Assembly (NCBI GenBank): GCA_951406725.2
Contig: OX597820.1
Location: 99,448,001 to 99,512,000 of the forward strand
Direction of reading: 5' to 3'
Origin: Octopus vulgaris
Lineage: Eukaryota
DNA length: 64,000 nt
Positions 12,922-25,184 of the stretch are shown here, piece by piece; position 1 is the stretch's first letter, and each line of letters starts with the position of its first letter. Both the position numbers and the translations under genes were made by a program. The notes under the pieces were generated by a model, which was not told the origin of the DNA, did no database searches, and worked only from the letters and a program-made list of their open reading frames with translations.

Positions 12922-13240
12922 ACTGTTGTGTCTGGGGAGAGTAATTTTCTTTTTGTGCCTTATGACTTAATACACTCACCGGTAAAATTTCCACTTATTT
13001 CTTATTTTTATTTTCCTAAATTTTTCGTTGCATCTTGAAATCTTTTCAATAGTCTTGACTCAAAAACGGAGAAAATGAAACAAATATGGACGACTATAGT
13101 CAAGACTATTGAAAAGGTTGCAAGACGCAACGAAAATTTTAGGAAAATAAAAATAAGAAATAAGTGGAAATTTTACCAGTGAGTGTGTTAAATTATAAGG
13201 CACACATAGAGAATGTTACAAACCAAATCCCAAAACGAAA
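12922..13240. mobile_element. (TA)n-embedded inverted-pair element with degenerate hammerhead
   Basis: Arms about 12944-13060 and 13098-13213 are inverted; 13106-13142 reads CTA TTGAAAA G GTTGC aagac GCAAC GAAAATTT TAG. Confidence 0.6.
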
Positions 13241-13356
13241 TATATATATATATATATAGTTAATCCAGACAAGAAAGCACAAAAAAATACAACAACGTGA
13301 GGACGTGGAACAAATATAGTATTATTGGACGCTCAGGAAGGAAGGAAAGAAGGAGG

Positions 13357-13391
13357 GTTTAACGTTTCGAGCAGCGCTCTTCGTCAGAAAC
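13357..13391 (-). ncRNA. Minimal type-I hammerhead ribozyme motif in a TA-flanked element (about 13259-13575)
   Basis: Minus strand GUUU CUGACGA A GAGC gcu GCUC GAA ACGU U AAAC: intact core, 4-bp stems I and II, palindromic stem III. Confidence 0.75.
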
Positions 13392-13572
13392 ATAGGAGAA
13401 GGAAAGATCCAGAGAAGGGAAGACAGAGGGAAAAGAAAATCACCAACGGTACACACGAGGTCACGTACAAAGTGAGATAGGGGTTACGAGTGTAACCCAC
13501 TATGGGATATCATTTATCCAATATACTGCCAGTAAAGTACCCAGAAGGCTAATACATAAATGCTAAGAATTG

Positions 13573-13634
<62 letters not shown>

Positions 13635-13659
13635 ACATACATACACACACACACATATG

Positions 13660-13696
<37 letters not shown>

Positions 13697-13979
13697 CGTT
13701 TAACGTCCAACATGGAAAGCGGACATTAAATTATGATAATGATGACATATCCATATATACACACACACGCACACATATATATATACACACACATACACAT
13801 ATGTATGTGCATAACTACATAAATGTATGTGTATGTGTGTATCGTCAGCCTCATGATCACTTTTTAACATGTTTTCCATGCTAACACGGGTTGAGCCGTT
13901 TGATGTGAGTTGGCTAGTTCTAGTATTTGCATTGGCATAGTTTCTATGGCTAGACGCCCTTTCCTAACGACAACCATTT

Positions 13980-14491
13980 GCATGTGTGTGTGTATGTGTG
14001 TAGGTATGTATGTGTGTATGCATGTATGTATGTATGTATGTATGTATGTATGTATGTATGTATGTATGTATGTATGTATGTATGTATGTATGTATGTATG
14101 TATGTATGTATGTATGTATGTATGTATGTATGTATGTATGTATGTATGTATGTATGTATGTATGTGTGTATGGGTGTTATGTATGTGTGAATGTATGTAT
14201 GTATGTATGTATGTATGTGTGTATGTATGTATGTATGTATGTATGTATGTATGTATGTATGTATGTGTATGTATGTATGTATGTATGTGTTTATGTATGT
14301 ATGTATGTACATATGTATGTGTGTATGTATGTTTATGTATGTATGTATGTACATATGTATGTGTGTATGTATGTATGTATGTTTGTGCGTGTTATGTATG
14401 TATGTGTGTATATATGTGTGTGTTATACATGTATGTATGTATGTATGTATGTATGTATGTATGTATGTATGTATGTATGTATTATGTATGT
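13980..14491 (+). repeat. (ATGT)n microsatellite
   Basis: Direct reading. Confidence 0.98.
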
Positions 14492-14668
14492 ATTAAGGGA
14501 AAGTTTACGAAAATAAACAAAAGACGAAGGCAGGTGGAGTACAAACAAACAAATGTATTAGTATGGTGCTCAGGAATAGAAATAGAAAAAGTTTTTTACG
14601 TGTCGAGCCTAGGCTCTTCGACAGAAAGATACACAGAAAAAAAAACAAGGAGAGAAATAAATGCGTGA
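14492..14668 (-). mobile_element. Relative of the 13259 element with a mutated hammerhead
   Basis: Minus strand tttCTGTCGA A GAGC cta(g) GCTC GACA CGT aaaa (14594-14627), two core substitutions; shares attagtatggtgctcaggaa context. Confidence 0.55.
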
Positions 14669-14674
14669 AGGAGC

Positions 14675-15240
14675 ACTATTACACTATTTTTTTTTACCTA
14701 TTACACTATTTTTCCCCCCCCCCCCATTTTTGTGACCGGGTGTTAACGTTGAGCTTTCGGATCCTGTGAGATTTGATCGTGCGAATTTTCCAAGTCCTCT
14801 CCCCGCTTCCCCCTGTTCGTCAACGCGCATTTTTTTTTCATATTCGTTTACTACATGTTGTTTTACATCTATTACACTATTTCTTTTTTCTTTTTGCGAA
14901 CGGGTGTCGAAGTGGGGTTATTGGATCGTGTAAATTATCCGAGTCCGCACCCCACCCATCCCGTCATAAAAATTGCAAAAAAAAAAAAAAAAAAAAAAGG
15001 TGTACTAGGTGTAAAATAATGTGTAGTAAACGAATATGAAGAAAATAAATTTCGCCGACGAACGGGGAAGTGGTGAGAGAACTCGGAACACTCCAGACGT
15101 GAATTTTCCGAGTCCTCTCTCTCTCGTCCCCGTTTGCTAGAGCGCATTTTTTTTCATGTTCGTTTGCTACATGTTGTTTTACACATATTGCACTACTTTT
15201 TTTTTGCTCGGATCAAACACGGGAATTTGACCGAAATCTA
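14675..15240. repeat. Foldback-like element with direct and inverted copies of a ~110-bp unit
   Basis: About 14778-14885 recurs directly at about 15098-15203 and inverted at about 14998-15072. Confidence 0.6.
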
Positions 15241-15254
15241 ATTATTCCTGTTTA

Positions 15255-15301
<47 letters not shown>

Positions 15302-15985
15302 ATGTATGTATGTATGTATGTATGTATGTATGCATGCATGCATGCATGCATGCATGTATGTATGTATGTATGTATGTATGTATGTATGTATGTATGTATG
15401 TATGTGTTATGAATGTATGTGTGTGTATATATGCATGTTTGTAATGTATGTATTTCTTTATGTATGTATGTGTTATCAATGTATGTGTGTGTATGTATGT
15501 ATGTATGCATGTATGTATGTATGTATGTATGTATGTATGTATGTATGTATGTATGTATGTATATGTATGTATGTATGTATGTGTTATGAATGTACGTGTG
15601 TGTATGTATGCATGTTTGTATGTATGTATGTATGTATTTATGTATGTATGTATGTATGTATGTATTTATTTATGTATGTATGTATGTATGTATGCATGTT
15701 TGTATGTATGCATGTTTGTATGTATGTATGTATGTATGTATGTATGTATGTATGTATGTATGTATGTATGTATGTATGTATGTATGTATGTGTTATGAAT
15801 GTATGTGTGTGTATGTATGTATGTATGTATGTATGTATGTATGTTTATATGTATGCATGTTTGTATGTATGTATGTATGTATGTATGTTTATATGTATGC
15901 ATGTTTGTATGTATGTATGTATGTATGTATGTATGTATGTATGTATGTATGTATGTATGTTTGTATTTATGTATGTATGCATGCA
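15255..15985 (+). repeat. (CTGT)n followed by degenerate (ATGT)n microsatellite
   Basis: Direct reading. Confidence 0.98.
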
Positions 15986-16158
15986 TAAGCACGGCTGTTA
16001 TTTCCACCTGAATATGAATTTAGCTGCCTGCATCAGGTATCATGCACCGTCTTTCACTCTTGTTTTAGGTGTCCACGTAGTTTTGAGCAGACAAAAACAC
16101 TCTCTCAATTCTAGCAACCTTGTCTCAGAGGAACCACACCTGGTGGGAATGAGAGCTG

Positions 16159-16406
16159 GGTGCTACTTAAGAAAAGTGGTCCCGGGGACCACTTTTTTTT
16201 TGTTTTATTTACTTTGTTTAATAAAAAATTATTTACCTTGTGTTTTTGTGTTTTATTTACTTTGTTTTAAAAAATTATTTACTTTGTGTAAAAAAATTAT
16301 TTATTTTGTGTTTTATTTGCTTTGCTAGGTAGTCGTTGTAGGATCGACTAGTCACGACTAGCTAGCGCGAGTGCGCGCACCGGGACCGATCTTCTTAAGT
16401 AGTACC
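16159..16406. mobile_element. Merlin-like MITE
   Basis: TIRs ggtgctacttaagaaaagtggtcccgg / ccgggaccgatcttcttaagtagtacc; perfect 8-bp TSD gagagctg (16151-16158, 16407-16414); GG...CC termini. Confidence 0.8.
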
Positions 16407-18275
16407 GAGAGCTGACTCCAGTACGCAGACTGATACCTTATTTTATCGAACCAAGAAGTAAACTTAGAACATAGAGTATCAGAACAAATACCAAAAAGTT
16501 TTCTTGTTTTTGCCCTAACTCTGACAATTCCCCCAGTCCACTGCTCCAGACTGGTACATTCATTTTATCAACTCTGGTGCAGGAACGGTTGTGTGGTTAA
16601 GAAGTTTGCTTCTCAATCATGTGGTTTCAGGTTCAGTTCCACTGCATGACACCTTCGCAAAATGTCTTTTATTATAGACAGGTTGACTATAGAATTCTGG
16701 GTGGATTTTGGTAGACGGAAACTGAACGAAGCCTACCCTATACGTATTTATTTATGTATGTATGTTTGTGTGTATGCGTGCGTATGTGGGTCGGTGGTGT
16801 TTGGGTGCCTCCTTGTTTAGACTATGTATTATATTTGTAAACTTGTGTCACTGTCTTATAAGTGGTATCCTTGGTTTCCAATCTTCCACACAACATACCT
16901 GGCTATGGGGAAATATACCCTGGCCTGAAAGCAGGTAAGGTGGTCAACAAGAAGGACATCTGGACATAGAAAATCTGCCTCAACGTAATCCGTCTGACCC
17001 ATGCAAGCCTGGAGAAGTCAAACGAAAATAAAGATGATAGTGGCAATAATAGAGGGGGAAATAAACAGAAGGTATAAAAAAAAAAGCATAAATATGATCT
17101 CAGCAGGATTTTGAATTCCGGAATTGTCTGATGCACTAACAATTATACTAGCCCCCCTAGTTCAAGGGATGAAAAGCTATTGTAATAAAAGAAATAGGCT
17201 GTTAGCATTTAGTTGTCATTTTGTTATGAGTTTAAATCCCACTGGATTCTGCTTGACATTTTATATTTCGAGAGTCAATGAATACATATATTAATTTTGT
17301 CAAATGAACGAGATATTATTGGCAGTATTTAAACTAAATAACCTATGATATTTAGCTTTGCTCTTCCATGTTCAGCGTTCAATTCGGGGCCAGCTACTGC
17401 TTTCATCTCTCCGAGAACGTTGAAATAAGTACCATGTCCTAAACTCAACAGAAATTAGAAACACAAGGAACTAATATCAATTAAGGTAGATTTATCCTTT
17501 GCTAACAATGTCCAGTATTTTCTATGAATTTTTGTACTATACTACAGCATTCATCACCCCAACCTTTCACTCCATCATCCACCAAGCATTTTTTTTTCTC
17601 TCACTAATCTTTCATTTCACTAAGAATGCCACCCACTAGAATTCCTTTCCTGGCTGGGCTGCCTAAGACGGTATTAGTTAATTTCAACGATTCAGTTTAA
17701 ACTATCTATGATTCTCACTCAAGGATAATTTGGAAAGATTTACGGGCAGAGTCCTTTCCAACTTCAAGGTAAATTACACAACCCACTCAATAATACTCGG
17801 CGAAACGTCAGAGAGCCCACCCCACCTATAGTTTTTTTACTTTCTTTTTCTCTCAAAATAATTCTTCGGATTCCTTCATTACAGATTACTGTTTTTTTTT
17901 TTTTTAACAAAACAAGATTTTAGACTTCCTCCCACCCTGCACATTAAACGATATATAAAATAAATGAAAATAAAATATAATATATATAATAAAATATAAA
18001 GGCGGTGCTCCAGCATGGCCGCAGTCAAAATGACTGAAACAAGTAAAAGAATAAAAGAAAAGAATATGAGCAGGGTGATTCACGGACGTGTCTCCCTTAT
18101 ATTTTTTGTGGTTAGTCCAGGTTTAAATGTGATAACAATAGAGCAGTAGTAGTGATTAGAGAGGGGTATAGTTAGTACCCCAAGTTTTATGTTATGGTTA
18201 CGGAGATGGTGGTAGTGCTTAAGGAGAGATAGGTGAGAAAGTATCCCAGTAGAAGCCAATGCTGAAAGTACCTAC

Positions 18276-18333
18276 CTGTTTGTCCACCTGCTGTCGTCCA
18301 TGTGAGACCGCTGTCGTCAGTTTTGAGAGACAT
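18276..18333 (-). CDS. First coding exon of a ceramide kinase-like (CERK/CERKL-type) gene
   Basis: Minus strand reads ATG...MSLKTDDSGLTWTTAGGQT+G then donor ACAG|gtaggt at 18275. There is an in-frame TAG upstream (18421-18423). The phase-1 end joins exon 5058-5468 in frame (G|AG = Glu). Confidence 0.7.
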
Positions 18334-19038
18334 TTCGCTAGACCCCCACCTCGTCTGGTCCGTTACAACAGCAATACAATGAATGAAGTAAACGAAAGAA
18401 ATACCAGCGCTAATGCTGCTCTAGATGGTAGCAGGCTTGCTGTGTAAACTGCCACTGATGCTAACTACAGATAAATTGCTGGAATGTTTGTTGTTGCTGT
18501 TATTGTTGTTGGTGTTGTTGGTAGTGGTGGTGGTGGCGATGGTGATGGTGTGGTGGTGATGATGTGTTTTTTTTCTTTTATTGCTACAGGAATCGATGGT
18601 GTTGACGGAATTTGATGATATAACAAACCGCTAACTTTACTGCTGTAACTGCGATCGCTGTCGTTGCTAACATTTAATACTGAACTGAACTGAAGTATTT
18701 CTGCTGTTATTATCACAGCTATCACTTAGAGCGATCAGTGTCCGAAGCACGAAGTCTCAGTAGTAGTAGTAGTAGTAGAAGTAGTATGTAATAGCGACAG
18801 TGGTGACGGAGATATAGTTTTCCGTCTTGATGATGATGATAATGATGATGGTGAGTGATGATGATAATGATGATAATGAAGATGATGATGATTACGACAA
18901 AATGAAAACGACTACGGCCGCGATATCTATGGTCTCTGTTTGCCGTATAACTGCAGGTTAGCTCTGATCCATCAACGGCTTTCGGGACTGTGCGACCGCA
19001 TGCGACTTTTTCTCAAGAGCGCATCGAGAATCCGAGTA

Positions 19039-19237
19039 CAGCAACCCTCACCATATCGCGGTTTATTATTTAAGCTTACGTCGATTCCTCCGTGGTGGTG
19101 TTTTGCATTTGTAATAAAATAAATATATACAAAGTATAAAAAAATATATTACGGTACAGTACTGTTTCTACTTAGCGGATTTTCACCTATCGCGGGGCTT
19201 TTGGAACGCAACACCCGCGATAGTCGAGGGATCACTG
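19039..19237. mobile_element. Tigger/pogo-like MITE
   Basis: ta|cagcaaccctcaccatatcgcgg ... ccgcgatagtcgagggatcactg, imperfect TIRs with internal atcgcgg repeats. Confidence 0.6.
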
Positions 19238-20427
19238 CATTCACGGTACTATTTTAAACAAGACTGAGCAATCACGTAGAGGATTCCGCATTCGTCCAGA
19301 CGATGAGCTTCTTGTATCATCTACTTTCAAAATTTCAGACTACTTGGTTAGTTAAAAATTGTTTGAATAATATAGAGTTGAGTTAAGAAAAAAAAAGAGT
19401 TACTTTTTTACTCTTTTACTTGTTTCAGTCATTTGACTGTGGCCATGCTGGAGCACCGCCTTTAGTCGAGCAAATCGACTCCAGGACTTATTCTTTGTAA
19501 GACTAGTACTTATTCTATCGGTCCCTTTTGCCGAACAGATAAGTGACGGGGATGTAAACACACCAGCATCGGTTGTCAAGCAATGCTAGGGGGACAAACA
19601 CAGACACACAAACATACACACACACACTTATATATATATATACGACAAGCTTCTTTCAGTTTCCGTCTACCAAATCCACTCACAAGGCATTGGTCGGCCC
19701 GGGGCTATAGCAGAAGACACTTGCCCAAGATGCCACGCAGTTTTTTTTTTTTTAATTGGTTGTTGATGCTGATGTTGCTGTGTAGTCTTAGGTCAGTCTT
19801 GACCCAGTAGAACTGGTCAAAAATGTTCTGGTTGTGTTGTTTTTGTCACTTGATAAATCAAAGTTTACATCCAATTTGTCATTTTTTTTTTCAAGAAAAA
19901 AAAAAGTCGCTTTGATGTGATAGAAGGAATTAGGTTGCTATTACTAGAAAACACAGATGCTTTTTTCTTTGACTCGTTCACTGGTGAACAATTGTTGCTT
20001 TTGTAGTCAGAAGGCAAAGTAGAGAAAACAAAACAAAACAAAACGTAACAAAAACATTAACTCAATGGTTATGTCAACCCTTTTTTAATGGCAAAAAGAA
20101 TGTGAGCCTTAACTACACAATAATAAGTAGCTTGCTGTGTTCGTGCGATGTTTTAAGTTTCCCACGTGTCTCAAGAAGTTCTTAAGCGTTGAAGATTTCA
20201 CTGACAGATTTGAGAGAGAGAGGGGGGGAGAGAAACAGACAGAGAGGGGGAGGGGATGGGTGTTGTGTTTTATATCATGCGAGTAGAAAGCAAGAAGCAG
20301 GGATGAGTATCCGCAGTTGTTTATGCGTCTGGGATGCTGTGTGCGTTATATATATATATATATAATGTATACACATACACGCACACACGCACACCCACCA
20401 ATCCCCCCCCCCCACACACACACATGT

Positions 20428-21214
20428 CTGCACAAGAGCGGCTGTGTAGTAAGAAGCTTGCTTCCCAATCACATGGTTCCGGGTTCAGTTCCACTGCGTG
20501 GCACCTTGGGCAAGTGTCTTCTACTTTAGCCTCGGGCCGACCAAAGCCTTGTGAGTAATTTGGTAGACGGAAACTGAAAGGAGCCTGTCGTATATATGTA
20601 TATGTATATATATATCTATAAAATAATGTTACATTACTCGATAGTCAAGATAAAACTCTGAGTTTCAGATGCCGAAGTGGGAATCCACAACGTCATCTCT
20701 TCGCGAAGAGATGACGTTGTGGATTCCCACTTCGGCATCTGAAACTCAGAGTTTTATCTTGACTATCGAGTAATGTAACATATTATTTTATAGATAAATT
20801 TCCTCTATTTACATAATATTGAGGTCTCTTTCTTTCTTTTGTTATCTTACCGTTTTACCAATGTATATATATATATATAAATATAATGACAAATCAATAA
20901 ATAAAACATATGCATATATATACATACATATATGTACGTACCTACATCTACATGCATATATACATGCATATATGGGTACAGGACGCCAAAAAAACGTCGA
21001 ACACAATGAGAAACGAAAACAAACACAAAACCAAAGAAATGGACATTTTTCTTAAACAACGAAAAAATAGAGTACAAGACATACAACACAAGGAAAATTC
21101 CCATTCTTCAGTCGCCTCTGTTTCATCTACTCCGCGTTTCGAAGGTCAAAGCGAGACACAACTTTCTTGAAACATTCCTTCCCGCAAAAAGCAAATTAAA
21201 TAAAATTTGAGATT

Positions 21215-21249
<35 letters not shown>

Positions 21250-21459
21250 GTATGTGTGTGTTTGTCCCCCCCCCCATCGCTTGACAACCGATGTTGGTGT
21301 GTTTTTACGCCCTCATCACTTAGCGGTTCAGCAAAAGAGACCGATTGAATAAGTACTAGTCTTACAAAGAATAAGTCCTGGGGTCGATTTGTTCGACTAA
21401 CGGCGGTGCTCCAGCATGGCCGGAGTCAAATGACTGAAACAAATAAAAGACTAAAAGAA
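20428..21459 (+). mobile_element. Family A SINE split by insertions in its internal microsatellite
   Basis: Head 20428-20590, tail about 21250-21459; two non-SINE elements (20620-20862, 20976-21213) lie between TA tracts. Confidence 0.8.
20626..20781. repeat. Perfect 156-bp spacerless palindrome made of truncated hammerhead-element copies
   Basis: The 78-bp arms are exact reverse complements about tcg|cga (20703/20704); the right arm and its tail to 20862 are homologous to 41452-41610. Confidence 0.95.
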
Positions 21460-21794
21460 TACATATGCACAAATACATATCTTGTCTTTTGCTTGTTTCA
21501 CTCACTAGACTGCGGCCAATCTGGGGCACCGCCTTGAAGAATTTTTAGTCGAATGTATCAACTCCAGAACTTATTTTGTTTTTAAAGCTTGGTACTTATT
21601 CCCGCCATCGCTTTTGCCGAACCGCTATGCCACAGGAACATAAGCACACTGACATCGGTTGTCTGTAAGTGACTTTATACTAATTAGTTAACTGGCCTTT
21701 TTCTAGACGCAGTCCAGGATGTCTCTTTGTATAGCAGCCGTACTGTCCCAAACGTGGGAGCAAAACTATACTGCAAGCCTATCATGAGCCAAAA

Positions 21795-22026
21795 AATAAA
21801 TGCGCCCTTTTAAAGCCTAGCCAGGATCATGGGTTCGGTTTCCCGGTTACAATGGCGTATATGTTCCCCAGCTGGACGGGACGCCAGTCCATCGCAGCGT
21901 TACTCATTTTTGCCAGCTGAGTGGACTGGAGCAACGTGAAATGAAGTGTTTTGCTCAAGAGCACAATGCGTTGCTCGGTCCAGGAATCGAAACCACAATT
22001 TTACGATCATGATGCTGACATCCTAA
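21795..22026 (-). mobile_element. tRNA-derived SINE with V-domain-like core
   Basis: Minus strand ggaggcgcgtggcttagtggttagg...ggtttcgattcc...ctgcgatggactggcgtcccgtccag; related heads at 24080 (+), about 26185 (-), about 43105 (+), about 12710 (-). Confidence 0.75.
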
Positions 22027-22029
22027 CCA

Positions 22030-23790
22030 CTAAGCCACGCGCCTCCACGTCATGAGCATTGTAGAGAGTAAATAATCGTTGGGACTGAAGTATAATCTGA
22101 TTCCGAAGAAAAGGGCCAGTTGTCGGGTTGTGATCAAATGTTAAGGACGTACTTTCGCCAGGGTAGATTCTCGGTGACAGTGAGACCCAACCATTGCAGC
22201 GAATACGATGACTCCGCTCATGACTAAGGTGTGTGTGATGCAATGACCTTTTATTTATGTGAATAACTTTTGTACTTTCTTGATGTTAAAAAAGACAAGA
22301 TCGGCACATCTTCGCTGGAGAATATATTTGAGTCTTGTTCGTGTGTCCAGTGTGTGTTTGGCGTGTGCTATCTAGAATGCGAATGTCTTAAACATGGCTG
22401 GAGAATGTTAGGGAGGAACGGAGGGCAGTGTAATTTGCGTAAGAGTATGTATGTTATTGCACATAGCGGTAAATAAGTCATTGATGTTCAGCAGAATGGG
22501 AGTGGGGATCACAAGTGAACCCTGGGGTACCCCAGATGCGATCGTATGAGGGACAGAAAGAGTTCCGTCAACTCCCGCAGTAATTGTGCGATTTGACAGG
22601 AAGCTATCGATCCAGGAAGTGAAATACGGATGGAGTCCATAAGTGGGAGGTTTGAATAGGAGATTCACATATAAGTTACACTTTAAAATCTTTGATGATG
22701 TCGAAAGTGACGACATTACTTTCTCTAAATTCCACCAAGACAATAGCTCACAGGTAACTGGCGAGAATAAGTCACCAGTGGATCTGATTTTGAAGAAACC
22801 GTATAGGTGGTCATTAAGAAGAGAGAGTAGGAGAGAGAGAGAGAGAAGGAGAGAGGGAGAAGGAGGGAGAGGGAGGGAGAGGGAGAGAGAGAGTGCGTAT
22901 ATGCGTATGAGAGACTACGTGTGAACCACCAGGGGCATTGAATGTGCGCGGGATATGAGGTAACATAATGCTTCTGATGTTAGAAGTGAAGTACAGAAAC
23001 GGGCAGGTGTAGTTGGCTCAGAAGTGGCGGAGCTCTGACCATTTGACTGACTTCAAATGCTAAAGGGTGCGGGGCATATGGAGTGTTGTGGAGTATGTGA
23101 AAGTGCAAGGATTTTGGGAGTATCTGTGTGTTAATCCGGGGTGATTGTAGGGGATAAGACAAGTCGATAAAGAGAGCTGAAGGCTGGAAAAACAAAGAAA
23201 ATCGGTCTTTGGTGTGGGGAAAACCGAAAGAGCCACGAAGAGTTGCGAATGCATCACTGACAAGGATGACTTCGGAGAGAGATGGAGATAAGGTTGAAGA
23301 AATGTAGGTACCCGAGGAATTGGGAGACCGACAGAGGTGGTAGTTGTATTTGAGAAGTGAGGGGAGGGAGACTTTGAGCCGGAGCAGCTAGAAATTATTG
23401 TTGCTGCGATATCCAGGTGACAGAGGTGAATAATAGGGAGTGTAGTCTACATAAGCGCAGACCTTACCTTTCATGGTGAAGTTAGAATAGAGAGTGTAGT
23501 CTGGACAGATGAGGTAGATTGGAAATAATGGTTGAGTGATTTGTGTCTCTGACAAAAGTAGGATATATCAGCGTTTGAATAGGAGATAATGAATGGGAAC
23601 TTAATAAAGTAGGGGAGGGAAAATTACCCAAAGGGTTTACTTCTGGCGTTTGGCATTTTGAAGAAGGTGATGGTGCATTGAAAGATCAGAAAACCACAGC
23701 CGCGGCCTTGGATTGTATGCTTGCAACAAAGTAAACTATATTAAAGGTATCCAAGGCTCAGACAGTGGGGTCATGTAACTACCATCAGAT
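22030..23790 (-). mobile_element. Degenerate CR1/L2-group LINE (endonuclease and RT remnants)
   Basis: YGLHPYFTSWIDSFLSNRTITAGVDGTLS...SGVPQGS...LLNINDL in ORF 22408-22743; LLLSETQI and KGKVCAYV endonuclease-like remnants at about 23450-23565. Confidence 0.8.
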
Positions 23791-24079
23791 AAAAAAAAGA
23801 AAAGAAAGAAAACTACTAAATGATATAAAGGGTGACTACATTATGTTAGTGTCAGAATAATAATACATAGGGTTTTAAGGACTGCTGGGTTGACGTGTCG
23901 TCTTACTTTGTTTTAGCAGCAGTAGGAGCCGCAGCAGCAGCAGTAGTAATACAGTGGTTACTATGCAGTGGTAGCAGCAGAAGAAGCAGTACTGGCAACA
24001 GTTGTAGCAGCAATAGCTGCAGCAGTATAAGCAGTAGAACTGCAGTAATAGTAGAAACAGTATGCAGCAACAGCAATGT

Positions 24080-24225
24080 AGAGGCGCAATGGCCCAGTGG
24101 TTAGGGCAGCGGACTCGCGGTCGTAAGAACGCGGTTTCGATTCCCTGACCGGGCATTGTGAGTGTTTATTGAGCAAAAACACCTAAGCTCCACGAGGCTC
24201 CAGTGGGGGGTGGGGTGAACCCCGC
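24080..24225 (+). mobile_element. tRNA-derived SINE head
   Basis: A box tggcccagtgg, B box ggtttcgattcc, then ttgagcaaaaacacctaa SINE body. Confidence 0.8.
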
Positions 24226-25184
24226 TGTACTCTTTCACCACAACTTTCTCTCACTCTTTCTTCCTACTTCTGCCACAAAGCAGAGTAACCATGGTGTAAC
24301 CCACTATGGTGTGGTAAACTTTCAGACCCTAGTCTAAATTGCGAATCCTCTGTACCCCCAGGATGGTTCAGCTCTCCACCCGTTAAAAGCCACCGTTTAG
24401 AAACAATAGTAGCAGTTGTAGTAATAACAATAAAAGCATAGGTAGCCGTGTTTGTGTAGTTTTCTTTCAAACAACTAACCGTGCCGAAGTTGTTGCCCTA
24501 TGATGTCAATGCGCTTACGTGACTATCGAAGGATAATAAATTCCGGCAAGATTGATAGGCAAACAGAAATGACAAAAACCACGTGGTTGCAGTAGATTTA
24601 TTTAGGTGAAAACGAAGTTGTCAAATTGTGTTAAGACATAATTCCGGTTTCTTGCCACCCACCTTCCGAATTTCTTTCCTCACAACTTATGGAAAATGTA
24701 TAGTTTTCGATGGAATTTTACAGAGAGAAGTGTTCAAGGGCGTAGATTACGATAACGCTAATAGAATTTAGAAAATAACATTTTTAGGAGCCTTTTCAGA
24801 CCAATCTCTTCTCTCGGTTATGACCTCTAATTTTCATGACTTTAGCATATTTCACTTTTTTCAGATCTATGTTTGAAACATCAATATCACGCAAATTAAA
24901 GGTGGCGAGCAGACAGAATCGTTAGCAAGCCGGGCGAAATGTTTAGCGAAATGAATTAGAAATTAAATGATGATATATTTTTCTGGGTTTGTGCTCGACC
25001 CGCCTGTTTTTTCCCTTTTTTTTTACTCTTATATTAATTTTTTTGCTTTTTCTTCCGTTTTTTCCTTCTTTTCCGTTCAGACCAGCTACACTAGCGCGCC
25101 CTTATTCACTCTCAACTTCCTTACGACCTTTGTCCATCTTTCTTCAAACGTTCTTTGAAGCAGGCACCTCTTCTCTTGACTGAT

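Noticed and set aside
13910-16328. Long ORFs (252 aa, 340 aa) of MYVC/IHTY repeats
   Set aside because: Translations of (ATGT)n microsatellite; the same applies to the YI/IY, RE, poly-N and poly-I ORFs elsewhere.
24082-24155. tRNA gene
   Set aside because: A and B boxes are present but the acceptor stem does not close and the sequence continues into a SINE body.
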